Shown in pieces: positions 31,172 to 42,440 of a DNA stretch of 64,000 bases (the first letter of the stretch is position 1; every line of letters starts with the position of its first letter). Under the pieces are notes generated by a model, which was not told the origin of the DNA, did no database searches, and saw only the letters and a program-made list of their open reading frames with translations. This DNA comes from Longimicrobiales bacterium. Its GTDB lineage: Bacteria; Gemmatimonadota; Gemmatimonadetes; Longimicrobiales; Gaopeijiaceae. The stretch is taken from the NCBI GenBank assembly GCA_963664435.2, contig CAXXKM010000001.1:224001-288000 (forward strand), given 5' to 3'. Made by a program: the position numbers and the translations under genes.

Positions 31172-32272
31172 TCAGCCCCGTCCCCGGCGACGGTGCCCCG
31201 CGTCATCGCCCTTCCGGTCGGACAGTTGGCGTTTCAGCGCCTCGACCTCATGCCGGACGTGAGCGATCTGCTCGCTGACCAGACCGAAGCCCGCGAGCAG
31301 GAACCCGAGCGTCTCGAGCAACACCACCAGCTGGATCAGGAGACGGTACCCGAAAGGGGGCACGTAGGGCTCGAATCCCAGCGCCGGATGCAGGTAGCGC
31401 AGATAGAGGGCAGCAGCCGCAACCAGCCCCCCCAGGACCGCCAGGGCCAGCCCGGAAGCGCCGAACAGCAGCAGCGGCTTGCGGGAAAAGAAGACCAGAA
31501 AGGCAACCGACGCCAGGTCGGTAACGCCGATCACGACGCGCCACAGGCCCCGGTACTTGGATTCCCCCGCCCTGCGGTCGTAGAGCTTGATGTCGATTTC
31601 GGTGACCGTGGCGCCGCGTCCGTGCGCCAGCACCACGAAGAACCGATGCCAGTCGTGCCTCAGCGTGAGCCCGTCCAGAATTTCCCGACGAAACCCCTTC
31701 ATGGCGGAGTTCAGGTGCGTGACCGGAACCCGGAAGAGCAGGCGCGACATGCGGTTGTAGATCTCGGAAACCGCCGCTTTGTCGTAGTGGCCCAGGCGCC
31801 GTCCGGAGACGATGTCCCACCCCTCGTCAAGCTTCTCCAGAAAGCGCGGGATGTCGCGCGGGGAGTGCTGCAGATCTGCATCGAAGAGGATGATGCAGGC
31901 CCGATCCGTGGCGTTGACCCCGGTGACCATCGCTTCGGTCTTGCCCCGGTTGCGCCGGTGGCTGACGACGCGGAAGCCCTCCCAGTCCGCCGCCTCGCGC
32001 CTGGCCAGGTCCGCGGTGCCGTCGGTGGAACCGTCGTCCACGAGCACGACTTCACCGTCGAGGTGGAACTCGTGGAAGGCCTCTCGCAGTTCGCGCACCA
32101 GGTCGGGGACAACGGGGGCCTCGTTGTAGGCGGGGATGACCACGGCGAAGTCCCTTCTGGCCTGCTGGATCTCTGCTTTCAGGTTATGCCCCGTTCGGAG
32201 GATTGCGGTGCCGTTCGCGCCGTGCGGCGGGCGAGCGCGGTCAAGATGGTCTCGCAGGACACGGTACGCCAC
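31172..32272 (-). CDS. GT2 glycosyltransferase (polyprenol-phosphate glycosyltransferase-like)
   Basis: VIPAYNE, VDDGSTDGT, FDADLQH, C-terminal TM segments; start uncertain. Confidence 0.9.
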   Translation of the reverse strand: MAYRVLRDHLDRARPPHGANGTAILRTGHNLKAEIQQARRDFAVVIPAYNEAPVVPDLVRELREAFHEFHLDGEVVLVDDGSTDGTADLARREAADWEGFRVVSHRRNRGKTEAMVTGVNATDRACIILFDADLQHSPRDIPRFLEKLDEGWDIVSGRRLGHYDKAAVSEIYNRMSRLLFRVPVTHLNSAMKGFRREILDGLTLRHDWHRFFVVLAHGRGATVTEIDIKLYDRRAGESKYRGLWRVVIGVTDLASVAFLVFFSRKPLLLFGASGLALAVLGGLVAAAALYLRYLHPALGFEPYVPPFGYRLLIQLVVLLETLGFLLAGFGLVSEQIAHVRHEVEALKRQLSDRKGDDAGHRRRGRG

Positions 32273-32523
32273 TCGCGGCGGCCTCGTTCCCCACCGCGGC
32301 GAAGCTTCGGAGACACCCCGGGAGCGGGAGCCCGGAGCCTGGGCCGGAGGCCGGTGAAGGCCGCCGGCTCAGCACTTGCGGTGGCATGGCGAATCGCGAG
32401 ATTTGTCCCTGCCGGCAGGTGGCCGCGCCCCTCGCGGGAGCTGCGCGATGAGCAGAACCCGATCCGTGCCGCCCCCGGTTCTCCGACCCGTCCGAGAACG
32501 CCCATCCCGTACCCGAGGCTGTC

Positions 32524-34155
<1,632 letters not shown>

Positions 34156-34172
34156 CGGCACCGGGACCGGAC

Positions 34173-35012
34173 ATGGACACTGCACAGTCGAACGGCGGGA
34201 GTGTGGCCTTCATCGGCGCCGGGGCCATGGGCGCGGCCATGATCGGCGGCCTTGCGGGCGGTAACGACATCGATGCCGGACGTGTGATCGCGAGCGACCG
34301 CAACGAGGACCGGCTCGCACTGGTGCGGGACCAGTTCGGGGTCCGGACCACCCACTGCAACCGCGAGGCGGCCCGGGATGCGGACATCGTCGTCCTGGCG
34401 GTCAAGCCGCAGGTCCTTCCCGCCGTGCTCTCCGAGCTTCAGGGGCGGATACGCGAGGACGCGCTGACGCTTTCGATCGTGGCCGGCGCCACCATCGCCT
34501 CCATCGCCTCCCTGCTGGAGCACCGCGCCATCGTGCGCACGATGCCGAACACGCCGGCCCAGGTCGGAGAAGGCATGACCGTGTGGACCGCCACCCCGGA
34601 AGTCTCGCGGGAACAGCGCGCCCAGGCGGTAACCATCGTCGGGGCCCTGGGACGACAGCTGTTCGTTGACGACGAGAGGTTTCTCGACATCGCGACGGCC
34701 ATCAGCGGTACCGGGCCGGCCTACGTGTTTCTCATGATGGAGGCTCTCGTCGACGCGGCGGTTCATCTCGGGTTTTCGCGCAAGGATGCGCGCGAGCTGG
34801 TCGTCCAGACCATCCGCGGAGCGGCGATCTACGCGCAGCAGCAGCCGGTCCATCCGGCCGAACTGCGCAATCGCGTGACTTCGCCGGGCGGCACCACCGC
34901 CGAGGCGCTGTACCAGCTCGAGAAGGGCAGCTTCCGGACCATCATGTCCAAGGCGGTCCTGGCCGCGTTCAGGCGCAGCGTGGCACTGGGCGAGATGAGC
35001 ACGGAGCCGTAG
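34173..35012 (+). CDS. proC: Pyrroline-5-carboxylate reductase
   Basis: FIGAGAMG, LAVKPQ, RTMPNTP, SGTGPAY, VTSPGGTT. Confidence 0.96.
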   Translation: MDTAQSNGGSVAFIGAGAMGAAMIGGLAGGNDIDAGRVIASDRNEDRLALVRDQFGVRTTHCNREAARDADIVVLAVKPQVLPAVLSELQGRIREDALTLSIVAGATIASIASLLEHRAIVRTMPNTPAQVGEGMTVWTATPEVSREQRAQAVTIVGALGRQLFVDDERFLDIATAISGTGPAYVFLMMEALVDAAVHLGFSRKDARELVVQTIRGAAIYAQQQPVHPAELRNRVTSPGGTTAEALYQLEKGSFRTIMSKAVLAAFRRSVALGEMSTEP

Positions 35013-35053
35013 CGGGGGACGGCGCGCGGGCGCGGCGCGCGTAGACCCGCGGG

Positions 35054-37513
35054 CTAGCCCGGAAGGAGCCTCAGCCGGGAGATCGTGCGCGCCTCGACCT
35101 CGGACCGGTCGAGCGGCAGGCGCCACAGTTCGCCTCGCTGCCAGCGCTCCAGCTGGTCCCAGCTGTGGCGGTTGGCCGGCCGGCCGGACTGCCCTCCGGG
35201 GAGGATGAATACACCCCCGCGCCCCAGGTCTCCCAGGTCGACGATGGAGCGCTGGCTGGGTCCGGCGGTGACCTCGAACAGGGGGAGATTGCCCTCGAAC
35301 GGGGCCGCGTCGACCGTGTAGTCGTCGCCCGCCCGCGGCAGATCGCGCCGGCCGAAGCCCAGCAGGCCGCCGATCAGCGGCACCTCCTGGAAGGGATGCG
35401 AAATGCGCAGGAGGTGGACCTGCCCCCAGGATCGGCCGCTGGCGTCGGCTGCTTCGAGGGCGGCCTGCCCGGTCAGAGAGTCGACGCCCGCCCCTCCGGC
35501 GTCGAGCCCCCGCCCGACCATGTACTGCGGGAAGTATCCCGACCCGCCGGTGGCCGTGTGGAACCGCGCGCGCATGCCGGTCCGCAGTGCCTCCGCCCAG
35601 GCATGGAAGAGCGTCGCCTCGGTGCTTTCCACCGTCGCCCGGCCGTCCCACGCGTCGAGCGCGCCCGCCAGGCTGTCCAGCCCCACCCGCCGGAAGGCCG
35701 CGCTCGCCCGGCCCCGGTAACGGGCGATGAAGCCGCTCTGCACGTCCAGCTGGATGGTCCTCATCGACTCGGCGTCGTGATCGCCGCGCGCCTCGATCAA
35801 CTCGGTGATGCGCTGGGCGCGGTAGGGATCCTCCCAGCGGTCCGGCGAGATCAACAGCGAGAGGGAGTCCCGGCTCTGGCGGTTGTTCGCCGTGGCGATG
35901 AAGCCCGAGACCGGATTGAGCAGCCGGGGATTGCGCTCGTAGGGCAGCGTCCCGACCCAGTCGTGTTCTCCGGTCCAGCCGGGCACCGGCAGGAGCGGCG
36001 GTCGGCCGGAGCGGCGCAGGGGAACGGCGCCGGCGAGCTGGTAGCCGAAGTCGCCGGCGGTGTCGGCGAAAACCACGTTCTGGTAGGGACTGGTGAAGTG
36101 CGCCAGCGCGGCGATCAGCTCCGACGCGGAGTTGGCGAGGTTCATCGCCAGGATCCCGTCGAAGGTGGTCGAGGGGTCGTGCGCACCCCAGCGGAAGGAC
36201 AGGAGCTCGCCTCCCGGCACCGGATCGACCGCCGTCATGACGGGGCCGTGGCGGGTCTCGCGCACCAGCAGGCGCACAGGCTGGTCGCGGCCGCGCACCC
36301 GGATCGCTTCCTCGCGAACCCCGAAGGGCTCGCTGCCCTCGGGCGTCAGATAGCGCGTGGTGTCGGCCGGATCCACACGTTCGATGAAGAAGTCGGAGTC
36401 GTCGACCATGGCGTTGGTGAAGCCCCATGCAACGCCGGCGGTGTGTCCCGCGATCACCCCGGGCGCGCCCGGCAGGCTCTGCCCGACGACATCCAGGCCG
36501 GGCGCGTGCAGCCCGATCAGGTACCAGATGTTGGGGTGGTCCAGGCCCAGGTGCATGTCGTTGGCGACCAGGGGCCTGCCGCTCCTTGTGCGGGACCCTC
36601 CGACGACCCAGGAGTTGGATGCGCGCACGATGCTCGCCGCCTCGAGCGCGGTGCGGGCCGCCGCGGGCATGCGCGCCGAAGCGACCAGGTCGGCGGAGAC
36701 GGTGGGCGGCAGAGGGTCCCGCGAGGCCGGCCGATCCGCGATCGACGCGTCAGGCTCCGTAATCGACGCATCATTCGCCGAAGGCGCCGCGGGAGGCCCG
36801 GATCGCGACGCGCCGGTTGACGCCGGCGCCCCTGGAACGCCGGGACCATCCTGCAGAATCGTCACCCCCCAGTCGGGATAGGATGGCAGCAACTCCAGCA
36901 CGGCCTCGTCCCCAGCGGCTGCGCGCGCGCTGGCGAGCGACATCGAGATGCCGTACTGGGACAGGTCCCAGGCCATGATCTTCTCGACGGCGAGCGAGTG
37001 CTCGAGCGCCCAGGGTTCGAAGGTGGCGCGAACCAGGAGGAACTCCGGTGGCAGCAGGCCGCGCCACTCGTCCACGGCCGCGTTGACCCCGCGGACGTAG
37101 GCCTCCACGAGCGCTCGCGTCCCGGTGCTGACGGCCGTCTCCCGCCCGGCCCGCGCGAGGCCCAGCGTGCGCAGAAACCGGTCGGCATCCAGGGTCTCCT
37201 CGCCGAATAGTTCGCTCAATCGTCCCTGGGCGACCCGCCGGAACATCTCCAGCTGCCAGAGGCGGTCGGTAGCGTGAAGGTACCCCTGGGCGAAGACCGC
37301 GTCGGCCAGCGAACCCGCCCACACGTGGGGCACGCCGAGGGAGTCGCGCAAGACCTCCACCGGCTGCTCCAGGCCCGGAAGCGCGAGTTCCCCGGACGCC
37401 GGCGCGGGACCAGTTGCCAGTCGCCTGACCCAGATCGCGCCCGCGAGCGAGGCGAGCAGAATCCCGGCCAGCGTCCCGGGCAGGATCCTCCGGATCAGGC
37501 GGCCCTTGCTCAG
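35054..37513 (-). CDS. Penicillin acylase family (S45 Ntn hydrolase), probable CTG start
   Basis: RDSLGVPHV, AQGYLHATDRLWQLE, beta-chain nucleophile ASNSWVV, ANDMHL. The frame stays open upstream of the track start (37360) through an N-terminal TM segment to CTG 37513. Confidence 0.92.
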   Translation of the reverse strand: MSKGRLIRRILPGTLAGILLASLAGAIWVRRLATGPAPASGELALPGLEQPVEVLRDSLGVPHVWAGSLADAVFAQGYLHATDRLWQLEMFRRVAQGRLSELFGEETLDADRFLRTLGLARAGRETAVSTGTRALVEAYVRGVNAAVDEWRGLLPPEFLLVRATFEPWALEHSLAVEKIMAWDLSQYGISMSLASARAAAGDEAVLELLPSYPDWGVTILQDGPGVPGAPASTGASRSGPPAAPSANDASITEPDASIADRPASRDPLPPTVSADLVASARMPAAARTALEAASIVRASNSWVVGGSRTRSGRPLVANDMHLGLDHPNIWYLIGLHAPGLDVVGQSLPGAPGVIAGHTAGVAWGFTNAMVDDSDFFIERVDPADTTRYLTPEGSEPFGVREEAIRVRGRDQPVRLLVRETRHGPVMTAVDPVPGGELLSFRWGAHDPSTTFDGILAMNLANSASELIAALAHFTSPYQNVVFADTAGDFGYQLAGAVPLRRSGRPPLLPVPGWTGEHDWVGTLPYERNPRLLNPVSGFIATANNRQSRDSLSLLISPDRWEDPYRAQRITELIEARGDHDAESMRTIQLDVQSGFIARYRGRASAAFRRVGLDSLAGALDAWDGRATVESTEATLFHAWAEALRTGMRARFHTATGGSGYFPQYMVGRGLDAGGAGVDSLTGQAALEAADASGRSWGQVHLLRISHPFQEVPLIGGLLGFGRRDLPRAGDDYTVDAAPFEGNLPLFEVTAGPSQRSIVDLGDLGRGGVFILPGGQSGRPANRHSWDQLERWQRGELWRLPLDRSEVEARTISRLRLLPG

Positions 37514-38688
37514 CGCGACTCCTCCAGTGCCCGGTTGAAGTCGCGCTGCAGATCCCGGACATCCTCGAGCCCCACCGAAACCCGAACGAACCCGTCGGGG
37601 ATGCCTGCCTGCGTTCTCTCTGCCGGGGTCAGGCCGGTGTGAGAGGTGAAGCGCGGCTGCGATACAAGGGTCTCGACGCCGCCCAGGCTGGGAGCGACCC
37701 TGGCCACCTCCAGGCTTCGGCAGAAGGCGTCCGCACCCGCGCCCCCGCTCTCCAGCACGAAGCCCACCATGCCGCCGAACCCGTCCAGCAGCTCCCCCGC
37801 CAGCGCGCGGTCGGGATGACTGGCGAGGCCGGGGTAGGAGACCCGCGAAACCTCCGGACGGTTCTCCAGCCAGACGGCGAGTTCCATCCCGCTCCGGTTG
37901 TGGCGCTCCATGCGCACGGACAGCGTCTTGATCCCGCGCTCCAGCAGCCAGGCCGCGTGGGGATCCAGCGCCGGCCCGTAGAGCACCAGCATGCGCTGCA
38001 CGCGCTCGATCAGCTCACGGCTGCCGGAGACCACGCCCGCGATCAGGTCGGAATGGCCTCCGAGGTACTTGGTCGCGCTGTGGATGACGATATCCACGCC
38101 GAGGCGGGCCGGCCTGAGGTTGATGGGCGAAGCGAAGGTGGCGTCCATCATGGTGACCGCCCCGGCTTCGCGCGCGAGCCGAACCGGGATGCGGGGATCG
38201 AAGACCCGCATCACGGGATTGGTCGGGGTCTCCAGGAAGAGGATGCGGGTGTTGTCCCGCATCGCGGACTCCCAGGCACAGCCCTCGTCCGGATCGACGA
38301 AGGTCGTGGTCACGCCCCGGTGCGGCATCTCCTCGGCAAGCAACGTGCCGGTGGCGCCGTAGAGGTGCTTCGAGGCCACGACGTGGTCGCCGGCACGGGT
38401 GTTGGCGAGGACGGCGAGCGCGGTGGCCGCCATCCCGCTCGCGACGGCCAGCGACGCTTCCGTGCCCTCCAGCGCCGCCAGCTTTTCGGCCACCGCGACC
38501 TGGTTCGGGTTGTTCCCGTAGCGGGAGTAGCGCAGCTCGGGCGCATCGCCGGGCGCGTTCCAGAAGAAAGTGGAGCTCTGGACCACGGGAAGCACGACGG
38601 GCTCGCCGGGGCGCGGCTCGGGGCCCCCGGCGTGGACGCCCAGCGTACCCGGACCCCACGCCTCCCGTGACTCCGGGGAATCGTTCAT
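37510..38688 (-). CDS. Trans-sulfuration PLP enzyme (methionine gamma-lyase / cystathionine gamma-synthase family)
   Basis: YSRYGNNPN, ETPTNP, DATFASP, HSATKYLGGHSD, SLGGVETL; GGAGGAG SD. Confidence 0.9.
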   Translation of the reverse strand: MNDSPESREAWGPGTLGVHAGGPEPRPGEPVVLPVVQSSTFFWNAPGDAPELRYSRYGNNPNQVAVAEKLAALEGTEASLAVASGMAATALAVLANTRAGDHVVASKHLYGATGTLLAEEMPHRGVTTTFVDPDEGCAWESAMRDNTRILFLETPTNPVMRVFDPRIPVRLAREAGAVTMMDATFASPINLRPARLGVDIVIHSATKYLGGHSDLIAGVVSGSRELIERVQRMLVLYGPALDPHAAWLLERGIKTLSVRMERHNRSGMELAVWLENRPEVSRVSYPGLASHPDRALAGELLDGFGGMVGFVLESGGAGADAFCRSLEVARVAPSLGGVETLVSQPRFTSHTGLTPAERTQAGIPDGFVRVSVGLEDVRDLQRDFNRALEESR

Positions 38689-38759
38689 CGTCTCCTCCAA
38701 ACCGGGTGATTCAGCCCCGCGAGACCACCCGTCTCACGAGACGCTCGGCTCCAAATCCA

Positions 38760-38824
38760 CTCCTCATGCCATCAGGCTCCTCATGCCGCAGGCCTCCCCT
38801 CATCCCATCAGACTCCTCATCAGA
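38760..38824. repeat. Degenerate short tandem repeat (CTCCTCAT core, about 4 units)
   Basis: ctcctcatgccatcagg / ctcctcatgccgcagg / cctcccctcatcccatcaga / ctcctcatcaga; copies the 3' end of the upstream gene. Confidence 0.7.
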
Positions 38825-39387
38825 TTGCTCAGCGCCAGGTAGTCTCCGGACTCGGGCCGCTGGAAGACAAGTCCGCGCCGGACCAGCGATTCCAGAGTCG
38901 TGCGATCGACCTCGTCCGGAAGTTGCGCCGGGACCTCTCCCCGTGAAAGGGCGCCCCGCTCCTCCAGCGAACGCCAGACCCGGGCATCGGCGTCGCTCCG
39001 AACGCCCACCAGCCGGCACCGTCCCCCCGGGGTTTCCGCCACGGCGGCAAGCCGATGGCGTTCGAGAACGGCCTGGATCGGTTCCAGGTGCAGGTCGCTC
39101 ACGCCGCGAAAGATGAAGAAGGCGCGCGTGGCTTCCTCCGGCGGCTGGTAGTGCAGGAGGAGCTTCGCCACGACCTCGTCCGCGCACGAGAAATCCAGCA
39201 CGTGAACCTCCGAGAAGTCGATGACCGAGAGCGCCATCTCTCCCGCGCTCGCGAGCTGGCTCTCAATGGCCATCCGCACCGCGCGCCCCGTGGGCCGGGT
39301 CACCAGGTGCGCGTAGAGCGACGCCACCTGGCGCTCAACCAGGCGACGGAGGTCGATCGCCACCGGATCGACGCCGAATCCGTTCAT
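38800..39387 (-). CDS. STAS-like domain protein with a possible C-terminal winged helix
   Basis: LVTRPTGRAVR, IDFSEVHVLDFSCADEVVAKL; ATGA-coupled to the upstream ATPase gene. Confidence 0.7.
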   Translation of the reverse strand: MNGFGVDPVAIDLRRLVERQVASLYAHLVTRPTGRAVRMAIESQLASAGEMALSVIDFSEVHVLDFSCADEVVAKLLLHYQPPEEATRAFFIFRGVSDLHLEPIQAVLERHRLAAVAETPGGRCRLVGVRSDADARVWRSLEERGALSRGEVPAQLPDEVDRTTLESLVRRGLVFQRPESGDYLALSNLMRSLMG

Positions 39388-40310
39388 GAAGCCGGCCCCG
39401 GGTCCGTCATGCGGCTCTTCTCCTTGCCCCGCTCTTTCGCGGGCAGAACGATGTTGATCTGGGCGCCCGGAAAGCGGGCCAGCCCCTGCTCCAGCGCGGG
39501 GGTGTCGTCCCAGTCCGGCACGTCGGCGATGCGCGCGGTGCCGCTACGGATGGAGATGAGCCCATCCCAGCGCCGCACCTGCCTGCGGATCTGCTGAATA
39601 CCCTGGCCCCTGCCGGAGTCCTGAAAGCGGGTGACGCCGTGCAGGAAGGCTGCCTCCAGCGCCGTGCCGTCCCCCCATCGCTTTCCGTAGCTGCCGGCGT
39701 GCTCCGCGGCCAGCGATTCGCGGAAGCCGCGCCCCAGGTCGGACACGGCGATCACCAGCATCCAGCGCTCCCGGCGCTTCGCCCAGTAGTAGGCCTGCGC
39801 GGCCACCCATCCCGGGGCCTCCGCGTGTTCGATGATGTTCTGGCATACCTCCGAGAGCACGACCGAGAACTGGACGACCGTCACCAGCGGGTATCCCAGA
39901 GTGCGGGTGAGGATGGTCCCCGCGCGCGACTGTACGCGATCCACGACGGCATGCACATCGCTGTTGGTCGTCACCGGAGTGATCTCGAGCAGCACGTCGG
40001 AGCTCGCGGCGAACTCGCGCGGACGCCGGGCCTGCATCGAGAAGAAGCGCCGAGCCTGTTCGAAGAAGCGGATGCGCGCCAGGTATCCGAGGACCTTCGT
40101 CTGCCGGGGAAGCCGCAGATGGGGCGCCTGCCCCAGCCTGCGCTTCAGGAGCGCGCCCGCGCTCAGGAGGCCGACAAGGCCCTGCGGGTCGACGAAGCGA
40201 AGATAGCCCGCGTCGAAGAGCGCCTTGCCTTCGGCGACCTGGGCGCATTGCTGGAAGATGCTGTCGACGGTGGAGTAGTCCAGCGATGAGGGCACGCGGA
40301 TTACATGCAC
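39384..40310 (-). CDS. STAS-like plus histidine-kinase-like ATPase (HATPase_c) protein
   Basis: FDAGYLRFVDPQGLVGL (STAS-like); SEVCQNIIEHA (N box), SDLGRG (G1), GRGQGI (G2); no phosphoacceptor H-box evident. Confidence 0.8.
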   Translation of the reverse strand: MHVIRVPSSLDYSTVDSIFQQCAQVAEGKALFDAGYLRFVDPQGLVGLLSAGALLKRRLGQAPHLRLPRQTKVLGYLARIRFFEQARRFFSMQARRPREFAASSDVLLEITPVTTNSDVHAVVDRVQSRAGTILTRTLGYPLVTVVQFSVVLSEVCQNIIEHAEAPGWVAAQAYYWAKRRERWMLVIAVSDLGRGFRESLAAEHAGSYGKRWGDGTALEAAFLHGVTRFQDSGRGQGIQQIRRQVRRWDGLISIRSGTARIADVPDWDDTPALEQGLARFPGAQINIVLPAKERGKEKSRMTDPGPAS

Positions 40311-40359
40311 CCGGCGAACTCCGGAGTTGGCGCGGCGGAAGCGGCGGGGACGACGCGGC

Positions 40360-41379
40360 TCATCCGCGGGCGATCCGCCCCTTGAGGTGGAGGTGCAGGC
40401 CGCGCGCGCCGCGGTGTTCGACGTTTCGGGCGGCCATGGAGTTGGCGGTGACGATCGCCCGCTCGAGGCGGTCGCCGTCCAGCAGGCGAGCGAAAAAGGT
40501 AGCGCCCCATACGTCCCCGCAGCCAGTCACATCCCCCTGGCGCGGGCCTCCCGGGATGTCGAACCGCCGGGTCGTGGCGGGGGCGGCGGTGGCCACCTGT
40601 CCGCGCATCGCGGGCCAGGTCGAGGTGTCGGGCGAGAAATCCGGCGCTGCGACATATGCCGCCCCGCGCGCGCCCATCGTGACGGCGATCAGCTTCAGGT
40701 CCGGTCCGACCACATGCGCCGCCAGCCGCCACGGGTCACCCGCTTCCCGGCCCAGCAGGGCGAATTCGTCGTCGTTCATCTGCACCGCGTCGAAGCAGCG
40801 CAGCCAGGAGTCCCACAGCGGCAGCGGGCGCGGCTCGCGTTCGCCGTGCCGCCCGATCCCCAGGAAGAGGGAGTGGAGGTCGGCATAGATCGGGCCATCG
40901 AACGCTTCACGCAGCAGCTGTGCGGTCTCGAGCTCCATCTCGAATCCGGAGATGAAGTTGACGTAGAGGGCGTCGCATTCGCCGGCGAGCGGCCAGCACT
41001 CCTCCCAGCCCCATGCCGGCACGCCCCCGGAGAGGCGCTCGCAGCGACGCTCGTCGTCCTGGTAGCGGAGTTCCACCCGGTTGTTGGGTTCGGGGACGAC
41101 ACGAACGGCCCGGTGCGGGTTCACGCGGGGGATCTCGCCCAGGAACCGGAGCGCGGGCTCGGCGAGGTCCCGGCCCACCTTGAGGATGGGGACGATGCGC
41201 CAGTGCCGCGGCAGCGACGCGGCCAGGGCCTCCAGGGCGTAACTCACCCCGCCCCACTCCTCCACGGGATGACCGCGACCGTCGCGCAGATGGATGGTGT
41301 CCCAGACGAGCGTGCCGACCACGCCGAGGAGGGGCCGGCGTGCCCGGGAATGGGGCCGTCGGGGGCGCGGCTCAACCAC
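40360..41379 (-). CDS. PfkB-family carbohydrate kinase
   Basis: GVVGTLVWD, WGGVSY, QMNDDE, VTMGARG, DVTGCGDVWG. Confidence 0.85.
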   Translation of the reverse strand: MVEPRPRRPHSRARRPLLGVVGTLVWDTIHLRDGRGHPVEEWGGVSYALEALAASLPRHWRIVPILKVGRDLAEPALRFLGEIPRVNPHRAVRVVPEPNNRVELRYQDDERRCERLSGGVPAWGWEECWPLAGECDALYVNFISGFEMELETAQLLREAFDGPIYADLHSLFLGIGRHGEREPRPLPLWDSWLRCFDAVQMNDDEFALLGREAGDPWRLAAHVVGPDLKLIAVTMGARGAAYVAAPDFSPDTSTWPAMRGQVATAAPATTRRFDIPGGPRQGDVTGCGDVWGATFFARLLDGDRLERAIVTANSMAARNVEHRGARGLHLHLKGRIARG

Positions 41380-42367
41380 GGGCCGGACCGGTCCGCAGGC
41401 GGAACACCCCCGCCGCCCCCACCACCCCCGCGGTCCCCGGGAGCGCTCCCGGCACCACCGTGCAGGCGCCCAGGGCCGAGCGGAAGCGGGGGCGGCCGAG
41501 CTCCGCGGCGAGGGGGCCGAAGAACAGGTCGCCGGCCGCGGCGACCCCGCCCATCACCACCACCGCGTCCGGAGCGAGCAGGTTGACCGCGCTGGTGATC
41601 CCGGCCGCGAGCATGCGTGCCGCGCGCGCCAGCACGCCGGCCGCGTAGGCGTCCCCCCCAACCGCCGCCTCGTGCACGGTGGCCGCGGTGATGCGGCCCA
41701 GGTCCCCCGCCACCAGGTTCGGCAGCGTCGACCGCGTCCCCCCGGCCAGTCCCTCGACCGCGGTGCGCGCGATCCCGGGCCCGGAAGCGTAGGCTTCGAG
41801 GCACCCCCGGCCCCCGCATGTGCAGCGGCGGCCCCCGAACTCCACCGTCATGTGCCCGATCTCCCCGGCCGTGCCCGTGGCTCCCGCGAAGGGCCGTCCT
41901 TCCATCACGACCCCGCCGCCGACGCCCGTGCCCAGGGTGATCCCCAGCACCGACCGGAAGCCGCGTCCCGCCCCCTGCCACCACTCCCCGTAGGCGGCGC
42001 AGTTGGCGTCGTTTTCCACGACGGCCGGCAGATCGGTCGCAGCCTCGACGCGGTCGCGCAGCGGAAGCCCGAACCACCCCAGGTTGTGCGACTCCAGTAC
42101 GATCCCGCGGGCGCGGTCGAGCGATCCGGGCGCCGCGACCCCCACGCCGGCGACCGCGGCGTCCGGGCCCTCCGCGCGCGCAAGCTCGTCGACGGCCGCG
42201 CGGATCATCCCGCACACCCGGGCGACCACCTTCTCCCCGCCCCGCCCCCCCGGCGTATCACCCGTCCGGAGCGCGCGCGGGTGGCCGCCCGCCGCCGGAA
42301 CCATGCCCACCGACAGGGTGGTCCCGCCGATGTCGACGCCCGCGATCCACTTCGCCATCAGAGCCAT
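41372..42367 (-). CDS. ROK-family sugar kinase (glucokinase-like)
   Basis: GVDIGGT, ENDANCAAYGE, TLGTGVGGG, GEIGH...CTCGGRGCLE. Confidence 0.92.
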   Translation of the reverse strand: MALMAKWIAGVDIGGTTLSVGMVPAAGGHPRALRTGDTPGGRGGEKVVARVCGMIRAAVDELARAEGPDAAVAGVGVAAPGSLDRARGIVLESHNLGWFGLPLRDRVEAATDLPAVVENDANCAAYGEWWQGAGRGFRSVLGITLGTGVGGGVVMEGRPFAGATGTAGEIGHMTVEFGGRRCTCGGRGCLEAYASGPGIARTAVEGLAGGTRSTLPNLVAGDLGRITAATVHEAAVGGDAYAAGVLARAARMLAAGITSAVNLLAPDAVVVMGGVAAAGDLFFGPLAAELGRPRFRSALGACTVVPGALPGTAGVVGAAGVFRLRTGPARG

Positions 42368-42440
42368 CCCATGAGATCCACCGGACCGTCACGACGCGCC
42401 CGACGAAGCATCACCGGTTACGACTGTTATCTACTGACAT

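Noticed and set aside
38760..38824. Repeat considered as a CRISPR array
   Set aside because: Units are short, degenerate and lack unique spacers, and there are no cas genes.
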